From Longimicrobiales bacterium (GTDB taxonomy: Bacteria; Gemmatimonadota; Gemmatimonadetes; Longimicrobiales; Gaopeijiaceae): a DNA stretch of 64,000 bases. Under the pieces are notes generated by a model, which saw only the letters and a list, made by a program, of their open reading frames with translations, was not told the DNA's origin and ran no database searches. The position numbers and the translations under genes are program-made. Shown piece after piece: positions 10,723 to 21,067 of this stretch. How positions within the stretch are numbered: the first letter of the stretch is position 1; each line of letters opens with the position of its first letter. The stretch spans positions 608,001-672,000 of the forward strand of contig CBDAON010000004.1 in the NCBI GenBank assembly GCA_965198065.1. The letters run 5' to 3'.

Positions 10723-11691
10723 TCAAGCTGTCTCGGATTCTCGCAAGGCGAGCACCAATCGCTCCCGCCCGCTCAGGTCCCGAAGGGTCCGGACCGCCCC
10801 GAGGCCGGAGGTGGAGACGATCCGTTCTGCCACGCGACGGGCCTGCCCGAGGCCCACTTCGAGCGCAAGAAGCCCACCCGGAGTCAGGATGGCCGCGGCT
10901 CCGTCCACGAGAGCGTCCAGGACCCGGAGCCCTCCGTCCTCCGCGACCAGCGCGTCTCTGGGCTCCCATCCCCGCACCTCGGGTGCGAGGCCGTCGTACT
11001 CCTCTTCGGAAACATACGGAGGATTCGAGATGACGACATCGAAGCACTCGCCGACGAGGACGGGATCGTAAATGGAGCCGACCCTGAGCTCGACGCGCCC
11101 GTCCGCTCCCGCCCGCTGGGCGTTCGCCCGTGCCACCTCGAGGGCGGCCGACGATGAATCCGTCGCCACGACGCCGTCGAACGGCCCCTCGACGGCGAGG
11201 GAGATCGCGACGGCCCCGCTCCCGGTGCCCACATCCAGAGCCCTAAGAGAGCCAGCACCCCCGGCGGCCCCGGCTGCGCCCCCCCCGCCGACGCCCGGCC
11301 GCCCACGGACCCAGTCCAGCGCCGCGCCCACGAGCTCCTCCGTCTCGGGGCGGGGGATCAGCACTCTCGGATCCGTTAGCAGCTCCAACTCGCGGAACGT
11401 GGTTCGGCCCAGAATGTACTGGAGCGGCTTCCGCCCCCCCCGGTCCACAAGGGGACCCTTGAACGCGGCCAGGTCGCCAGGGGCCACCGGCTGATCGAAG
11501 TGAAGGTAGAGGTCCAGGCGGGACATGTGGAGGACGCCGGCCAGCAGGTATTCGGCATCGAGGCGGGGGGACTCCACACCCCGTTCCTCGAGATAGCCCG
11601 CCGCCCAGCGAATCAGGTGCATCACCGTCCACGGGGCTCCGTCGGGAGACGGTCCGACCCGGGGAGCCCACGCGCGGGACGCCGACGTCAC
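10723..11691 (-). CDS. prmC: Release factor glutamine methyltransferase PrmC/HemK
   Basis: [31 protein letters not shown]; follows prfA. Confidence 0.97.
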   Translation of the reverse strand: MTSASRAWAPRVGPSPDGAPWTVMHLIRWAAGYLEERGVESPRLDAEYLLAGVLHMSRLDLYLHFDQPVAPGDLAAFKGPLVDRGGRKPLQYILGRTTFRELELLTDPRVLIPRPETEELVGAALDWVRGRPGVGGGGAAGAAGGAGSLRALDVGTGSGAVAISLAVEGPFDGVVATDSSSAALEVARANAQRAGADGRVELRVGSIYDPVLVGECFDVVISNPPYVSEEEYDGLAPEVRGWEPRDALVAEDGGLRVLDALVDGAAAILTPGGLLALEVGLGQARRVAERIVSTSGLGAVRTLRDLSGRERLVLALRESETA

Positions 11692-12809
11692 TCCTCCCCT
11701 CCCGATCGTGCGGCTCGTCCGTCGTCCGCGAGCCGCTCCTCCTCGTCCTGGAGGCGGAGCGCCTGGAGAAGCTCCTCCAGGTCCCCGTCCAGCACGTCCT
11801 CGAGCTTGTGCAGCGTGAGTCCCGTCCGGTGATCGGTCACCCGGTTCTGCGGGAAGTTGTACGTCCGGATCTTCGCCGAACGGTCACCGGTGCCGACCTG
11901 CGCCTTCCGCTCCCGCGCGCGCTCCGCCTCCTGCTCGGCGACTTTCCGGGCCAGAAGACGGCTCCGAAGCACCTTCAGCGCCTTCGCCTTGTTCTTGTGC
12001 TGGGATTTTTCGTCCTGGCAGCTCACCACGAGGCCGCTCGGAAGGTGCGTGATGCGGATCGCGGAGTCCGTGGTGTTGACGGACTGGCCCCCAGGGCCAG
12101 AGGACCGGAAAACGTCGATCCGGAGATCTCCGGGGTCGATGTCGATGTCTACCTCCTCCGCCTCGGGAAGGACGGCTACCGTCGCCGCCGAGGTGTGGAT
12201 CCTCCCCTGACTCTCCGTTTCCGGGACCCGCTGCACGCGATGGACGCCCGACTCGAACCGGAGCGTGCCGTACGCCTGGGGGCCGCGCACGATCGTGATG
12301 GCCTCCTTCACGGACCCCCTGCTACCCTCGGAGAGATCCACGAGCTCGACGTCGAGGCCCCGGCGCTCCGCAAACCTCCGGTACATCCGGAGGAGGTCGG
12401 CCGCGAAGAGGCCGGCCTCGTCCCCGCCCGTTCCCGCGCGGATCTCGACGACCGCGTCCCGGTCGGCAAAGGGGCTCCTGGGAACGAGAAGGTGCCGGGC
12501 CCGGTCAGAGAGCTCCCCGAGCCGGCGCTCCAGCGCCTCGACCTCGGCGGCCGCGAGGGTTCGCAGCTCTCCGTCCTCCGCGTGCTCCGCGAGCTCTGCC
12601 GCCCCAACCAGCTCGCGGGAGACCGTCTCCAGATTGTTCGCCAGCTCGACGATCGGCTCCAGCGCGGAGCGCTCACGTCCGAGCTTTCGAAGGAGATCCG
12701 GATCGTTGGCGGCGGAGGGATCTGAGAGCCGGGTCGTCACGGCCTCGTGGCGCTTCACTGCCTCCCCGAGCCGCCGACCCAACCGATCATCCAGACGGGA
12801 GACCTTCAC
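11688..12809 (-). CDS. prfA: Peptide chain release factor 1
   Basis: [29 protein letters not shown] (PxT), [18 protein letters not shown]. Confidence 0.98.
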   Translation of the reverse strand: MKVSRLDDRLGRRLGEAVKRHEAVTTRLSDPSAANDPDLLRKLGRERSALEPIVELANNLETVSRELVGAAELAEHAEDGELRTLAAAEVEALERRLGELSDRARHLLVPRSPFADRDAVVEIRAGTGGDEAGLFAADLLRMYRRFAERRGLDVELVDLSEGSRGSVKEAITIVRGPQAYGTLRFESGVHRVQRVPETESQGRIHTSAATVAVLPEAEEVDIDIDPGDLRIDVFRSSGPGGQSVNTTDSAIRITHLPSGLVVSCQDEKSQHKNKAKALKVLRSRLLARKVAEQEAERARERKAQVGTGDRSAKIRTYNFPQNRVTDHRTGLTLHKLEDVLDGDLEELLQALRLQDEEERLADDGRAARSGGEE

Positions 12810-12850
12810 CGCGGCCCCACGAGGTCACTGAGGAGATGGGAACGGACGGG

Positions 12851-13060
12851 CTAAGAATCTTCGTCTTGCTTGTACTTTCGGTTGAACCGTTCTACCCGGC
12901 CGGCGGTGTCGACCAGCTTCTGCTTCCCGGTGTAGAACGGGTGGCAGACCCCGCAGATCTCCACGTGAAGCTCCCCGAGGGTCGAGCGGGTTTGGATGAT
13001 GTTCCCGCACGAGCACACGATTTGAGCCCCTCTGTAATCCGGGTGAATTCCCTGCTTCAT
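12851..13060 (-). CDS. rpmE: 50S ribosomal protein L31 (zinc-binding type)
   Basis: [39 protein letters not shown]. Confidence 0.98.
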   Translation of the reverse strand: MKQGIHPDYRGAQIVCSCGNIIQTRSTLGELHVEICGVCHPFYTGKQKLVDTAGRVERFNRKYKQDEDS

Positions 13061-13133
13061 GATCCCTCTCCAGGCCGCGAAGGAACCGCGGCTCCTCCGA
13101 CCGTCTCTCGGTAGCATCGCGAACAGACTTGAG

Positions 13134-13162
13134 AATATAGAAACGGGCGGAAGAGGTCTCAA
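13134..13162 (-). promoter_or_regulatory. sigma70-type promoter for the rpmE-prfA operon
   Basis: Minus strand TTGAGA-N17-TATATT, 73 bp upstream of rpmE. Confidence 0.7.
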
Positions 13163-13374
13163 GGTGACCAGCGGACATGGACAGGCACGCCGCGTGCCCC
13201 CCGGCGGACCTACCCCCCCCGCCGAGGACGACCGCGGGCAGGCCGTACCTCTCGTGGCGCACAGAGAGGCGTGGCTCGAGACCGCCTCCGGGGTGATGGG
13301 GCCGCCCGGCTTCCGATCTGGCCCAGCTACCTGGCCGGAGGGCTCGGGGCTCCCTCCCACCTACCACCCGCACC

Positions 13375-14040
13375 CTACCGCTCCTCTCCCTCGCCGAGCG
13401 CTCCGAAGGTCCATTGACCTCCCGCGCGGAGCTGGAGGTACGCCAGATCTTCGAGGAGCTCGTAGCGCGCCTCACCGACGAGGCGGAAGCGGCTGTGAAG
13501 CGGGATCTCCAGCCCCGCGTGCGCGTTGAGCCCGGCGCGCACGGAGTCCAACAGGTCCTCGACGAACGTGTCGGCGATCGCCTCGCCGCCTCCGCGGAGC
13601 ACGTGGGCGCCTCCCCCCATCCCCAGGTAGGTCAGGAGCCCGTACGGAACGCGCCAGAAGAAGTGGACGTCGCCGTGAATCTCCGTGTCCGCCCAGGTGA
13701 TCTCCCCAAGCGTCACGTCGGTAGCGGGCGGCCCCGTCCGCTCGATCAGCTCCTCCACCCGGTTCTCCAGCTTCTCCACCTCCCCGCGGCTCAAGGTCGA
13801 TGACCAGTGGCTGAAGCCGACCACGGCGCGCACGCCCGGTCCGAGGAAGCCCAGATCGAAGCGCCCTCCGATCGACCAGGTGGGATCCACCTTCGAGGGG
13901 AAGATCCATCCTCCGTCGATCATGACGCCTCGAAACGACAAGTACTCGTAGTCCAGGCTCGCGAGCCCCTGAGCGGCCGCGGCCGGCGGGAAGGCGAAGG
14001 CCAGGGCCAGCGCGACGACCCCGGGGACGGACCGTTTCAT
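13375..14040 (-). CDS. Putative small outer-membrane beta-barrel protein
   Basis: Signal peptide (MKRSV...AAAAQ), alternating aromatic/Gly strands, ends QLRAGGQWTF. ATGA overlap with the hemL stop. Confidence 0.7.
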   Translation of the reverse strand: MKRSVPGVVALALAFAFPPAAAAQGLASLDYEYLSFRGVMIDGGWIFPSKVDPTWSIGGRFDLGFLGPGVRAVVGFSHWSSTLSRGEVEKLENRVEELIERTGPPATDVTLGEITWADTEIHGDVHFFWRVPYGLLTYLGMGGGAHVLRGGGEAIADTFVEDLLDSVRAGLNAHAGLEIPLHSRFRLVGEARYELLEDLAYLQLRAGGQWTFGALGEGEER

Positions 14041-15314
14041 GAGACAGCCTCCGCCGCCCCGCGGGCGGCCTCGATGGTCAACTGGAGCTCGGCCTCCCCG
14101 TGCCGGACCGAGACGAATCCCGCCTCGAAAGCCGACGGCGCGAGGAACACGCCCCGCTCGAGCATCTCCTTGTGAAAGCGCTTGAAGCGCTCGACGTCGG
14201 ACTTTTGCGCTTCCTCGAACGACCCGACCGGACCCGGGTGGAAGAAGATGCCCCACATGGAGCCGACCGCCACGCCGGAAGCCGGGATACCGGCCCCGCT
14301 CAGGGCTTCCAGTAGGCCTTCCACCAGTCGGCGGGCGTAGCGCTCGAGCTCCGGGAAGGGATCATGCTCCTCCAGCCACGCGATCTGGGCGTTTCCCGCC
14401 GCCGTCGCCAGCGGGTTTCCGGAGAGCGTGCCCGCCTGGTACACGGGGCCGAGGGGAGCCACGCGCTCCATGATCTCCTTTCGGCCGCCGAAGGCGCCGA
14501 CCGGGAGGCCGCCCCCGATCACTTTTCCGAGCGTCGTCAGATCTGGGACTACTCCGAATTGCCCCTGGGCGCCCCGGAGCCCCACCCGGAACCCGGTCAT
14601 GACCTCGTCGAAGACGAGGAGCGCGTGATGCTTGGCGGTGACCTCGCGCAGGAGCTCCAGGAACCCGGGTTCGGGCGGGATCAGCCCCGCGTTCCCCATG
14701 ACCGGTTCGACGAAGATGGCCGCCAGCTCGTGTCCGTGTCGCCGGAAGAGCTCCTCCACCCCCTCTGCGTCGTTGAAAGCGAGGAGAAGCGTGTCCTTCA
14801 CCGCGTCGTTGGGAACCCCGGGGGAGTTCGGGAGGCCCAGCGTCGCGACGCCGCTCCCGGCCGCAGCAAGGAAGGGATCCGCGTGCCCGTGGTAGCCGCC
14901 GGTGAACTTGAGGAACCGGGGACGCTCCGTGTGCGCGCGCGCGAGCCGGAGCGCGCTCATGGTGGCTTCGGTCCCCGAGCTCACAAGGCGAACCATCTCG
15001 AGGCCCGGGAGGATCCGGACGAGCCGCTCGGCGAGCTCGACCTCGGCCACCGTGGGGGTCCCGTAGCTCGTACCCCTTGCGAGCTGCTCCTCCACGGCCG
15101 ACCGGACGGCCGGGTGAGCGTGGCCGAGGATCAGGGGGCCCCACGAGAGCACGTAGTCCAGGTAGCGGCGCCCCTCGGTGTCCTCGATGTAGGCACCCTC
15201 TCCCCGGCTCGCGAAGAAGGGCTCGCCCCCGACCGACCTGAACGAGCGTACGGGAGAGCTCACTCCGCCGGGAAGGACCTTCTGCGCCCGAGCCCAGATC
15301 CGGGACGGGCTCAA
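14037..15314 (-). CDS. hemL: Glutamate-1-semialdehyde 2,1-aminomutase
   Basis: LPGGVSSPVR, SWGPLILGH, SGTEATMSA, FDEVMTGFR, LGKVIGGGLP, YQAGTLSGNP. Confidence 0.98.
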   Translation of the reverse strand: MSPSRIWARAQKVLPGGVSSPVRSFRSVGGEPFFASRGEGAYIEDTEGRRYLDYVLSWGPLILGHAHPAVRSAVEEQLARGTSYGTPTVAEVELAERLVRILPGLEMVRLVSSGTEATMSALRLARAHTERPRFLKFTGGYHGHADPFLAAAGSGVATLGLPNSPGVPNDAVKDTLLLAFNDAEGVEELFRRHGHELAAIFVEPVMGNAGLIPPEPGFLELLREVTAKHHALLVFDEVMTGFRVGLRGAQGQFGVVPDLTTLGKVIGGGLPVGAFGGRKEIMERVAPLGPVYQAGTLSGNPLATAAGNAQIAWLEEHDPFPELERYARRLVEGLLEALSGAGIPASGVAVGSMWGIFFHPGPVGSFEEAQKSDVERFKRFHKEMLERGVFLAPSAFEAGFVSVRHGEAELQLTIEAARGAAEAVS

Positions 15315-16850
15315 CCCACGACCCTCGCCCTGAGGTCGTACTCGGCGGCATCCTCGATACGCACGTGAACGAACGAGCCCTCAAGGGGCCCGGGAGCCCC
15401 ATGGTTTCCCGGCCCGGCCGGCCGGACGAGCCGGGTCACGCCGTCCACCTCGACGGCCTGCCCCCGGGTGCGGCCTTCCGCCACGAACTCGGGGTCGCCC
15501 TCGAGCGCGCGATCGACGAGGAGCACGTCCCCCTGCCCCACGAGAGCCTCGTTCTTCTCCCGGGAGATCTCGCGCTGCGCTTCCATCAGCGTCTCGAGCC
15601 GATCTCGCTTCTCCGCGTCGGAGACCTGTGGGGTCATCCCGGCGGCGGGCGTCCCCTCTTCGACAGAGTACGGGAAGGCACCGACGCGCTCGAAGCGAAT
15701 CTCCTCCAGGAGATCGAGCATCTCCTGGAACTCCGCCTCCGTCTCGCCCGGGAAGCCCACGATCACTGTGGTACGGAGCACGAGGCCCGGGATCGCTTCT
15801 CGGAGCCGCGCCACCCGTGCGCGAATGCTGGCCTGTCGCTCTGGACGCCGCATCCTCTCGAGAACGGCGTCGCTTCCGTGCTGGATCGGCATGTCCAGGT
15901 AAGGAAGGATCCTGGGTTCGGTGGCAAGGACCTCGATCATCTCCGGGGTGATCCCCGAAGGGTACATGTAGAACAGACGGTACCAGGGGACGGATGTGCC
16001 GTCCAGCAGGGCCCTGAGGAGGTCGGGAAGGAGCGGGGAGCCCGCCCCGTGCCTGCGCTTCAGGTCACGCCCGTACCAGGTCGTGTCCTGCGACACGACG
16101 TTCAGCTCCCTTACGCCGCGCGCCTCGAGCTCACGCGCCTCCCGCACCAGCTCCTCCACCGGGGCCGAGCGGTGGAGCCCCCGCATGTGTGGGATCGCGC
16201 AGAACGCGCACGTGTGGTCGCATCCCTCCGAGATCTTGAGGTGGGCCGTGTGCGGTGTGTCGGTGGAGAGGATACGGAGCGGGACCTCCATGTTCGGGGC
16301 GCCGACGAGGTCCGCATCGAGGAGCCCTCTCGCCCGGAGCTCCCCGACCAGCCGGCCCATCTCGGTGAGGCCGAGGAAGAGATCCACCTCCGGGATCTCC
16401 GCCTGGAGCTCCTCCTTGTAGCGCTGGACGAGGCACCCCACCGCCACGACCACGCGCACGTCGCCGTCCGACTTGAGCGCGCACGCCTCGAGGATCGTGT
16501 CGATGGATTCTTCCTTCGCCGCCTCGATGAAGCCGCAGGTGTTGATCACGATGATCTCGGCCCCCCGCCGCCTCGATGAAGCCGCAGGTGTTGATCACGA
16601 TGATCTCGGCCCCCTCGACGCCGGGAGAGACCCGAGCCCCGTGTCCGACGAGGGCGGCCATCAGCCGCTCGGAGTCCACGGTGTTCTTGTCGCAGCCCAG
16701 GGTCACGAGGCCGATCCGGAGGCCGTCCGGGGAACCCGTCGGAGCGAGCCGGCGCTCGTCGGTCCCGACATCTCTGGGAACGTCCGGGCGCACCGGGTCC
16801 CGGGTAACCGGGAAGACGGGAAGGTCTCTGGTGCGGAGCCGCCCCGTCAT
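15311..16850 (-). pseudogene. rimO: Ribosomal protein S12 methylthiotransferase RimO, frameshifted by a 49-bp tandem duplication (real or assembly artefact)
   Basis: N-terminal TLGCDKNTVDSE..INTCGFIEAA lies in one frame; GCLVQRY, KISEGCDHTCAFCAIP and the TRAM domain lie in another. Removing one repeat copy gives 1491 bp, a 496-aa ORF. Confidence 0.9.
16517..16614. repeat. Perfect 2 x 49-bp tandem duplication inside rimO
   Basis: cgccgcctcgatgaagccgcaggtgttgatcacgatgatctcggccccc at 16517-16565 and 16566-16614. Confidence 0.97.
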
Positions 16851-17527
16851 CTCGCGATCACCTGGACTCCGGGAGGGGGGTCGAAGCGGAAGCGCGCCGC
16901 GTCGAGCGAGGGGTTCAGTCGAATGTTCGAGAGATCGAGGGTGCGGACCGACTCCGACTCCTCCACGATCACGAGCCTCCGGATGAGGAAGTCCGAGGCG
17001 TCGATCCACACCCGCGCGCGTCGGTAAGGGGATGCGACCTGCGGGGTCAGGGAGAGGATGTGGCACTCCCGGCCGTCCACGGTCTCCCGCCCCTCGAGCG
17101 TCGCGGCGTACCGCCGCCCCGGCTCCGAGAGAAACTCCCGGTGGAGATCCATCCGGTTATTCCCCGACGCGAGCGACAAGCGCACCACCTGGCCGTCGTC
17201 CACGCTCGGAAAGTAGACCCACAGGTAGACCCCATCGGCCACGACCCGGTCGCCCACCGGATCCGTGAAACGCATCTCGAATCGATCCGGTAGGGCCTGG
17301 CAGAGCTCCCCGGCGCTCCGGGTCGTCTCGCGGAGCAAGGTCACGTCGATCTGCTGCCGGAAGTCGGCGCAAAACGCGGCGAGCGCCTCGTAGCGCTCTG
17401 CCGCGCGCTCCAGGATGACCTGGGCGCTTTGCGCGGGGAGAGCCGCCGGGACGAGGGCAGCCAGGGCGGTCGAGCCTGCGAGCGCTCGGAGGGCGCGCCC
17501 CGCGTGGCCGTTCACGGAAGGAGTCAT
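16847..17527 (-). CDS. lolA: Outer-membrane lipoprotein carrier LolA family
   Basis: Signal peptide, ADFRQ, PDRFEMRF..P..DRVVADGVYLWVY, C-terminal FRFDPPPGVQVI. Start uncertain. Confidence 0.88.
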   Translation of the reverse strand: MTPSVNGHAGRALRALAGSTALAALVPAALPAQSAQVILERAAERYEALAAFCADFRQQIDVTLLRETTRSAGELCQALPDRFEMRFTDPVGDRVVADGVYLWVYFPSVDDGQVVRLSLASGNNRMDLHREFLSEPGRRYAATLEGRETVDGRECHILSLTPQVASPYRRARVWIDASDFLIRRLVIVEESESVRTLDLSNIRLNPSLDAARFRFDPPPGVQVIAR

Positions 17528-17623
17528 GTGGTGCCGGGGATCCGGGACGCGTGAAACGCTTTCGCTGTCCCCGTGTACACGCGCGGCGGCGGGATCGTTC
17601 ACCCACTCCCATCGGGAGCCCCC

Positions 17624-18106
17624 ATGGTCACTCGCGCCCTCTCGGTCCTCGTCGTCGCGTCGCTCGCCTTCCTGGCCGGCGGGTGCGGCGGGGACGACGG
17701 AACGGGCCCCGGCACCGGGGACCCGCGGTTGATCGAGTACGCCCCGGAGCTCGGGATCGATCTGGACCTCTTCGAGGAGCTTCCCTCTCGGCTCTTCTAT
17801 CGGGACGACCCCGTAGGCGACGGCGCCGAGGCCGTCTCCGGTCGAGTCGTGACCGTCCATTACGTCGGGCACCTCACTGATGGTTCGATCTTCGACTCGA
17901 GCGTCGCGCGAAACCAGCCCTTCAGCTTCCGGTTGGGTGTCGATCCAGTGATCGACGGATGGGACCAGGGAATCCCCGGAATGCGGATCGGCGGCCACCG
18001 CACCCTCGTGATCCCCCCTCACCTGGGGTATGGCGCCACGGGCTTCGGCGCGATCCCGCCGAACGCGGTCCTCATCTTCACGGTGGAGCTCCTCCAGGTA
18101 AGCTGA
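17624..18106 (+). CDS. FKBP-type peptidyl-prolyl isomerase, lipoprotein
   Basis: Lipobox-like LAGGC; VTVHYVGHLTDGSIFDSS, VIDGWDQGI, LVIPPHLGYG, IPPNAVLIFTVEL. Confidence 0.95.
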   Translation: MVTRALSVLVVASLAFLAGGCGGDDGTGPGTGDPRLIEYAPELGIDLDLFEELPSRLFYRDDPVGDGAEAVSGRVVTVHYVGHLTDGSIFDSSVARNQPFSFRLGVDPVIDGWDQGIPGMRIGGHRTLVIPPHLGYGATGFGAIPPNAVLIFTVELLQVS

Positions 18107-18144
18107 GTGGACGTGCCCGGGCTCTCCAAGACAAGGGAGACACA

Positions 18145-18660
18145 ATGAAGACCACGGAACCTCTGGGTCGTCGCCCATTCGTGAAGCGCGTTCTAGCCGC
18201 TGGAGCGGCCCTCTCCGGTTGGAAGGCGCTCAGTCCCCCAACCAAAGCGCGCGCGTCGCAGGAGCCGGGGGTCGGCGCCCTGGATCACGTGGCGATCCCG
18301 ATCCAGAACGTGGACGCGATGGCCGCCTTCTACCGGGGGCTCGGCTTCCGGATCATGGAAACCGGAAGCCGGATCTCCATCCACTTCGGCGACCAGAAGA
18401 TGCACTTTCACCGGCCGTCGACCTGGCAGAACCCCTCCTTCACCCTGCGTGCCAGGGCCGCTCAACCACCGTGCGGCGACTTCTGCTGGGTCTGGGAAGG
18501 AACGGACGACGCCCTTCGAGGGCTGATCGAACGGGTGGGGGCGGAGATCGAGGCTGAAGGGGAGCGGGTCGGCGGCCGGGACGGAGGGACCGCCACGGGT
18601 TACAGCGTCTACATCCGCGATCCCGACGGGAACCTGCTGGAGTTCATCCGCTACGCCTAG
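18145..18660 (+). CDS. VOC/glyoxalase family protein with a Tat-like leader
   Basis: GGGAG RBS; leader GRRPFVK...ARA; LDHVAI, GDFCWVW, SVYIRDPDGNLLEF. Confidence 0.85.
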   Translation: MKTTEPLGRRPFVKRVLAAGAALSGWKALSPPTKARASQEPGVGALDHVAIPIQNVDAMAAFYRGLGFRIMETGSRISIHFGDQKMHFHRPSTWQNPSFTLRARAAQPPCGDFCWVWEGTDDALRGLIERVGAEIEAEGERVGGRDGGTATGYSVYIRDPDGNLLEFIRYA

Positions 18661-18696
18661 CGGGCCCGGCTGGCGGAGCCGGCCGTGGCCGTCCGG

Positions 18697-21027
18697 TCAG
18701 GCGCCCCTGCCGGAGAGCATCCGCTCGAGTTGATCGAGCGTCATCAGGATCTCGCGCGGCTTCGAGCCGTCGGGGGGGCCGAGCACGCCCGCATCGTGGA
18801 GCTGGTCCATGATCCTCGCGGCCCGGCCGTATCCGATCCGGAGCCTCCGCTGGAGCAGGGAGGTCGAGCCCTGCTCCGCGCGGATGCAGATCTCCGCGGC
18901 CTCGCGGAACAGGTCGTCCCACTCCCCGCCGAGCGCTTCCGCGGCCCCCTCTCCTTCCTCGGCCTCGCGGGCACGCACGACCTCGAGGATGTCGTCCTCG
19001 ACCGGCGTGCCATACGGCTCGAGCCCCTCCGTCAGCTTCCGGTCCCTCAGCTCGCGGTACCAGTCGATCAGGCGCTCGGTGTCTTCGGTCGAGATGAACG
19101 CCCCCTGGATCCGGACCGGCTCGCTCTGGCCTGGGGGAAGGAACAGCATGTCCCCGTTGCCCAGGAGCGCGTCGGCGCCGTTCTGGTCCAGGATCGTCCG
19201 CGAGTCAGTCTTGGAGGCGACCCGGAACGCCATCCGGCACGGAAAGTTCGCCTTGATCAGGCCCGTGATCACGTTCACGGACGGACGTTGCGTGGCCACG
19301 ATCAGGTGCATGCCTATGGCCCGCGCCTTCTGAGCCAGGAGGGTGAGCGGCCGCTCGACCTCGCTCTGGACCGTCATCATGAGGTCCGCGAGCTCGTCCA
19401 CCACGAGCAGGACGAAGGGGAGGAGGCCGCCCCGATACACCCAACGGTCCGGATCCTCCTCGTCGCCCTGCGGCGTCGGGCTCCTCAGCGGAACGCCCTT
19501 CCTCACCCGGCGATTGAACTCTCCGAGGGATCTGACCCCGTTCTCGGAGAGGAGCGAGTAGCGCCGCTCCATCTCAAGCAGCGTCCACTTGAGAACGCCC
19601 GCCGCATCCCTTGGATCGGTCACCACGGGGTGACGGAGGTGGGGCAAGTCCGCGTAGGTGGAGAGCTCGACCATCTTCGGGTCCACGAGGAGGAGGCGGA
19701 GCGTCTCGGGCGTGTGTCGGTACACCAGCGAGGTGATGATCGTGTTCAGGCAGACCGACTTGCCCGATCCCGTCGCGCCCGCGATGAGGGCGTGGGGCAT
19801 GCGCGTGAGATCGGCGATGTACGGGTCGCCCTGAAGGTCTTTCCCAAGGGCCATCGGAAGCTCCGCCCGCGACTTCGTGAACGCGGGGCTCTCCAGGATC
19901 TCCCGAACCTGCACGGTCATAGGCACCGGGTTCGGGATCTCGACGCCGACCGCGCCCTTCCCCGGGATCGGCGCCACGATCCGGACGGTCTTCGCCCGCA
20001 TGGCCAGTGCAAGGTCCCGATCCAGGTTCGCGATCCGGTTCACCTTGACCCCCGGAGCGGGAATCACCTCGAATTGCGTCACCACCGGTCCCGTGGTCCT
20101 CCCTCCGAGCTCGCTCTCCACGCTGAAGGTCCGGAGCTTCTCAACCAGCACGCTCCCGAGCTGGTCGAGCTCCTGCTCCATCTCCCCCCCGCTCCCGTGG
20201 GTGGCCTCCGAGAGAAGCTCGAGCGGGGGTAGCTCGTCGCCCGCCAGCTCCCTGGGGTCGCGCGGATCCGGGAGGTCGCCTCCCCCCCACGGTCTCCGGC
20301 TCGCAGAGGCGCTCACGGGCCTGTCGCCCAGCCCGTCCTCTTCGGGCGCGTCGGCCCCGTCCGGGCCCTCGTTCCCCTCGTCCGACGCGAGCGCCCGCAC
20401 GCCGGCCGAGCCGTCGGCTCCCGCGGTCGGCTCGACCCGGGCCTCTGTGATGCCCTCCGGCACCGAGTCGGCGCTTTCGCGAGCCTCCGCACGTGCCTCG
20501 CGCATCCGCCGCCAGGCGCCCGCGCTCCGATTGGCCATCCACGAGAGCAGCTCCCCGAGCGGGTTCCAGCCGACCGTCCCCAGCGTGAGGAGGAGGAGGG
20601 CGACCCCGAACGTGAACCCGGCGCCGAACGTGCCGAGGGCGAGCACCGCCGGCCGCCCGAGGAAGCGGCCGATCACCCCGGCCTGGGGCTCTGACATCCC
20701 GAGCACATGGGCGATACCGGGAACGAGCACGAGGAGCCCGGCGGCGAGCACGCCGAGTCTGAGCGCACGCGAGCCCGAGGCCCACCCGCCAAACCAGAGC
20801 CCCACGATCCCCACTAGGAAGGGAAAGACCCAGGCGGCGACCCCGAAGAGATAGGTTTCCCCACTCTCCAGGACGGCGCCCACGGCGCCCATTACGTTGC
20901 CCGACGGGAACCATCGCTCCCCGAGCTCGCCCAGGAGCGTCGGGGGCACCAGTGTGAGCAGGAGGAAGAGAGCCAGGGCGAAGAACGCGACCCCGAGAAG
21001 CTCCCGTTCTCGCTCCGGTTTCGTCAT
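18697..21027 (-). CDS. ftsK: DNA translocase FtsK
   Basis: N-terminal TM domain, GPVVTQFE, AGATGSGKS, VDELADLMM, ATQRPSV, gamma domain STSLLQRRLRIGYGRAAR. Confidence 0.98.
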   Translation of the reverse strand: MTKPERERELLGVAFFALALFLLLTLVPPTLLGELGERWFPSGNVMGAVGAVLESGETYLFGVAAWVFPFLVGIVGLWFGGWASGSRALRLGVLAAGLLVLVPGIAHVLGMSEPQAGVIGRFLGRPAVLALGTFGAGFTFGVALLLLTLGTVGWNPLGELLSWMANRSAGAWRRMREARAEARESADSVPEGITEARVEPTAGADGSAGVRALASDEGNEGPDGADAPEEDGLGDRPVSASASRRPWGGGDLPDPRDPRELAGDELPPLELLSEATHGSGGEMEQELDQLGSVLVEKLRTFSVESELGGRTTGPVVTQFEVIPAPGVKVNRIANLDRDLALAMRAKTVRIVAPIPGKGAVGVEIPNPVPMTVQVREILESPAFTKSRAELPMALGKDLQGDPYIADLTRMPHALIAGATGSGKSVCLNTIITSLVYRHTPETLRLLLVDPKMVELSTYADLPHLRHPVVTDPRDAAGVLKWTLLEMERRYSLLSENGVRSLGEFNRRVRKGVPLRSPTPQGDEEDPDRWVYRGGLLPFVLLVVDELADLMMTVQSEVERPLTLLAQKARAIGMHLIVATQRPSVNVITGLIKANFPCRMAFRVASKTDSRTILDQNGADALLGNGDMLFLPPGQSEPVRIQGAFISTEDTERLIDWYRELRDRKLTEGLEPYGTPVEDDILEVVRAREAEEGEGAAEALGGEWDDLFREAAEICIRAEQGSTSLLQRRLRIGYGRAARIMDQLHDAGVLGPPDGSKPREILMTLDQLERMLSGRGA

Positions 21028-21067
21028 GAGGAATTCGCCGACGCGCGGGCGAAGAAGAGGAGGACGG

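Noticed and set aside
13264..13276. 13-mer GAGAGGCGTGGCT shared with intergenic 57224-57236
   Set aside because: The match does not extend and sits at different distances from the promoters; plausible by chance at high GC.
16517..16614. 49-bp repeat as a CRISPR array or target-site duplication
   Set aside because: Two directly adjacent copies of coding sequence, with no spacer, cas gene or inserted element.
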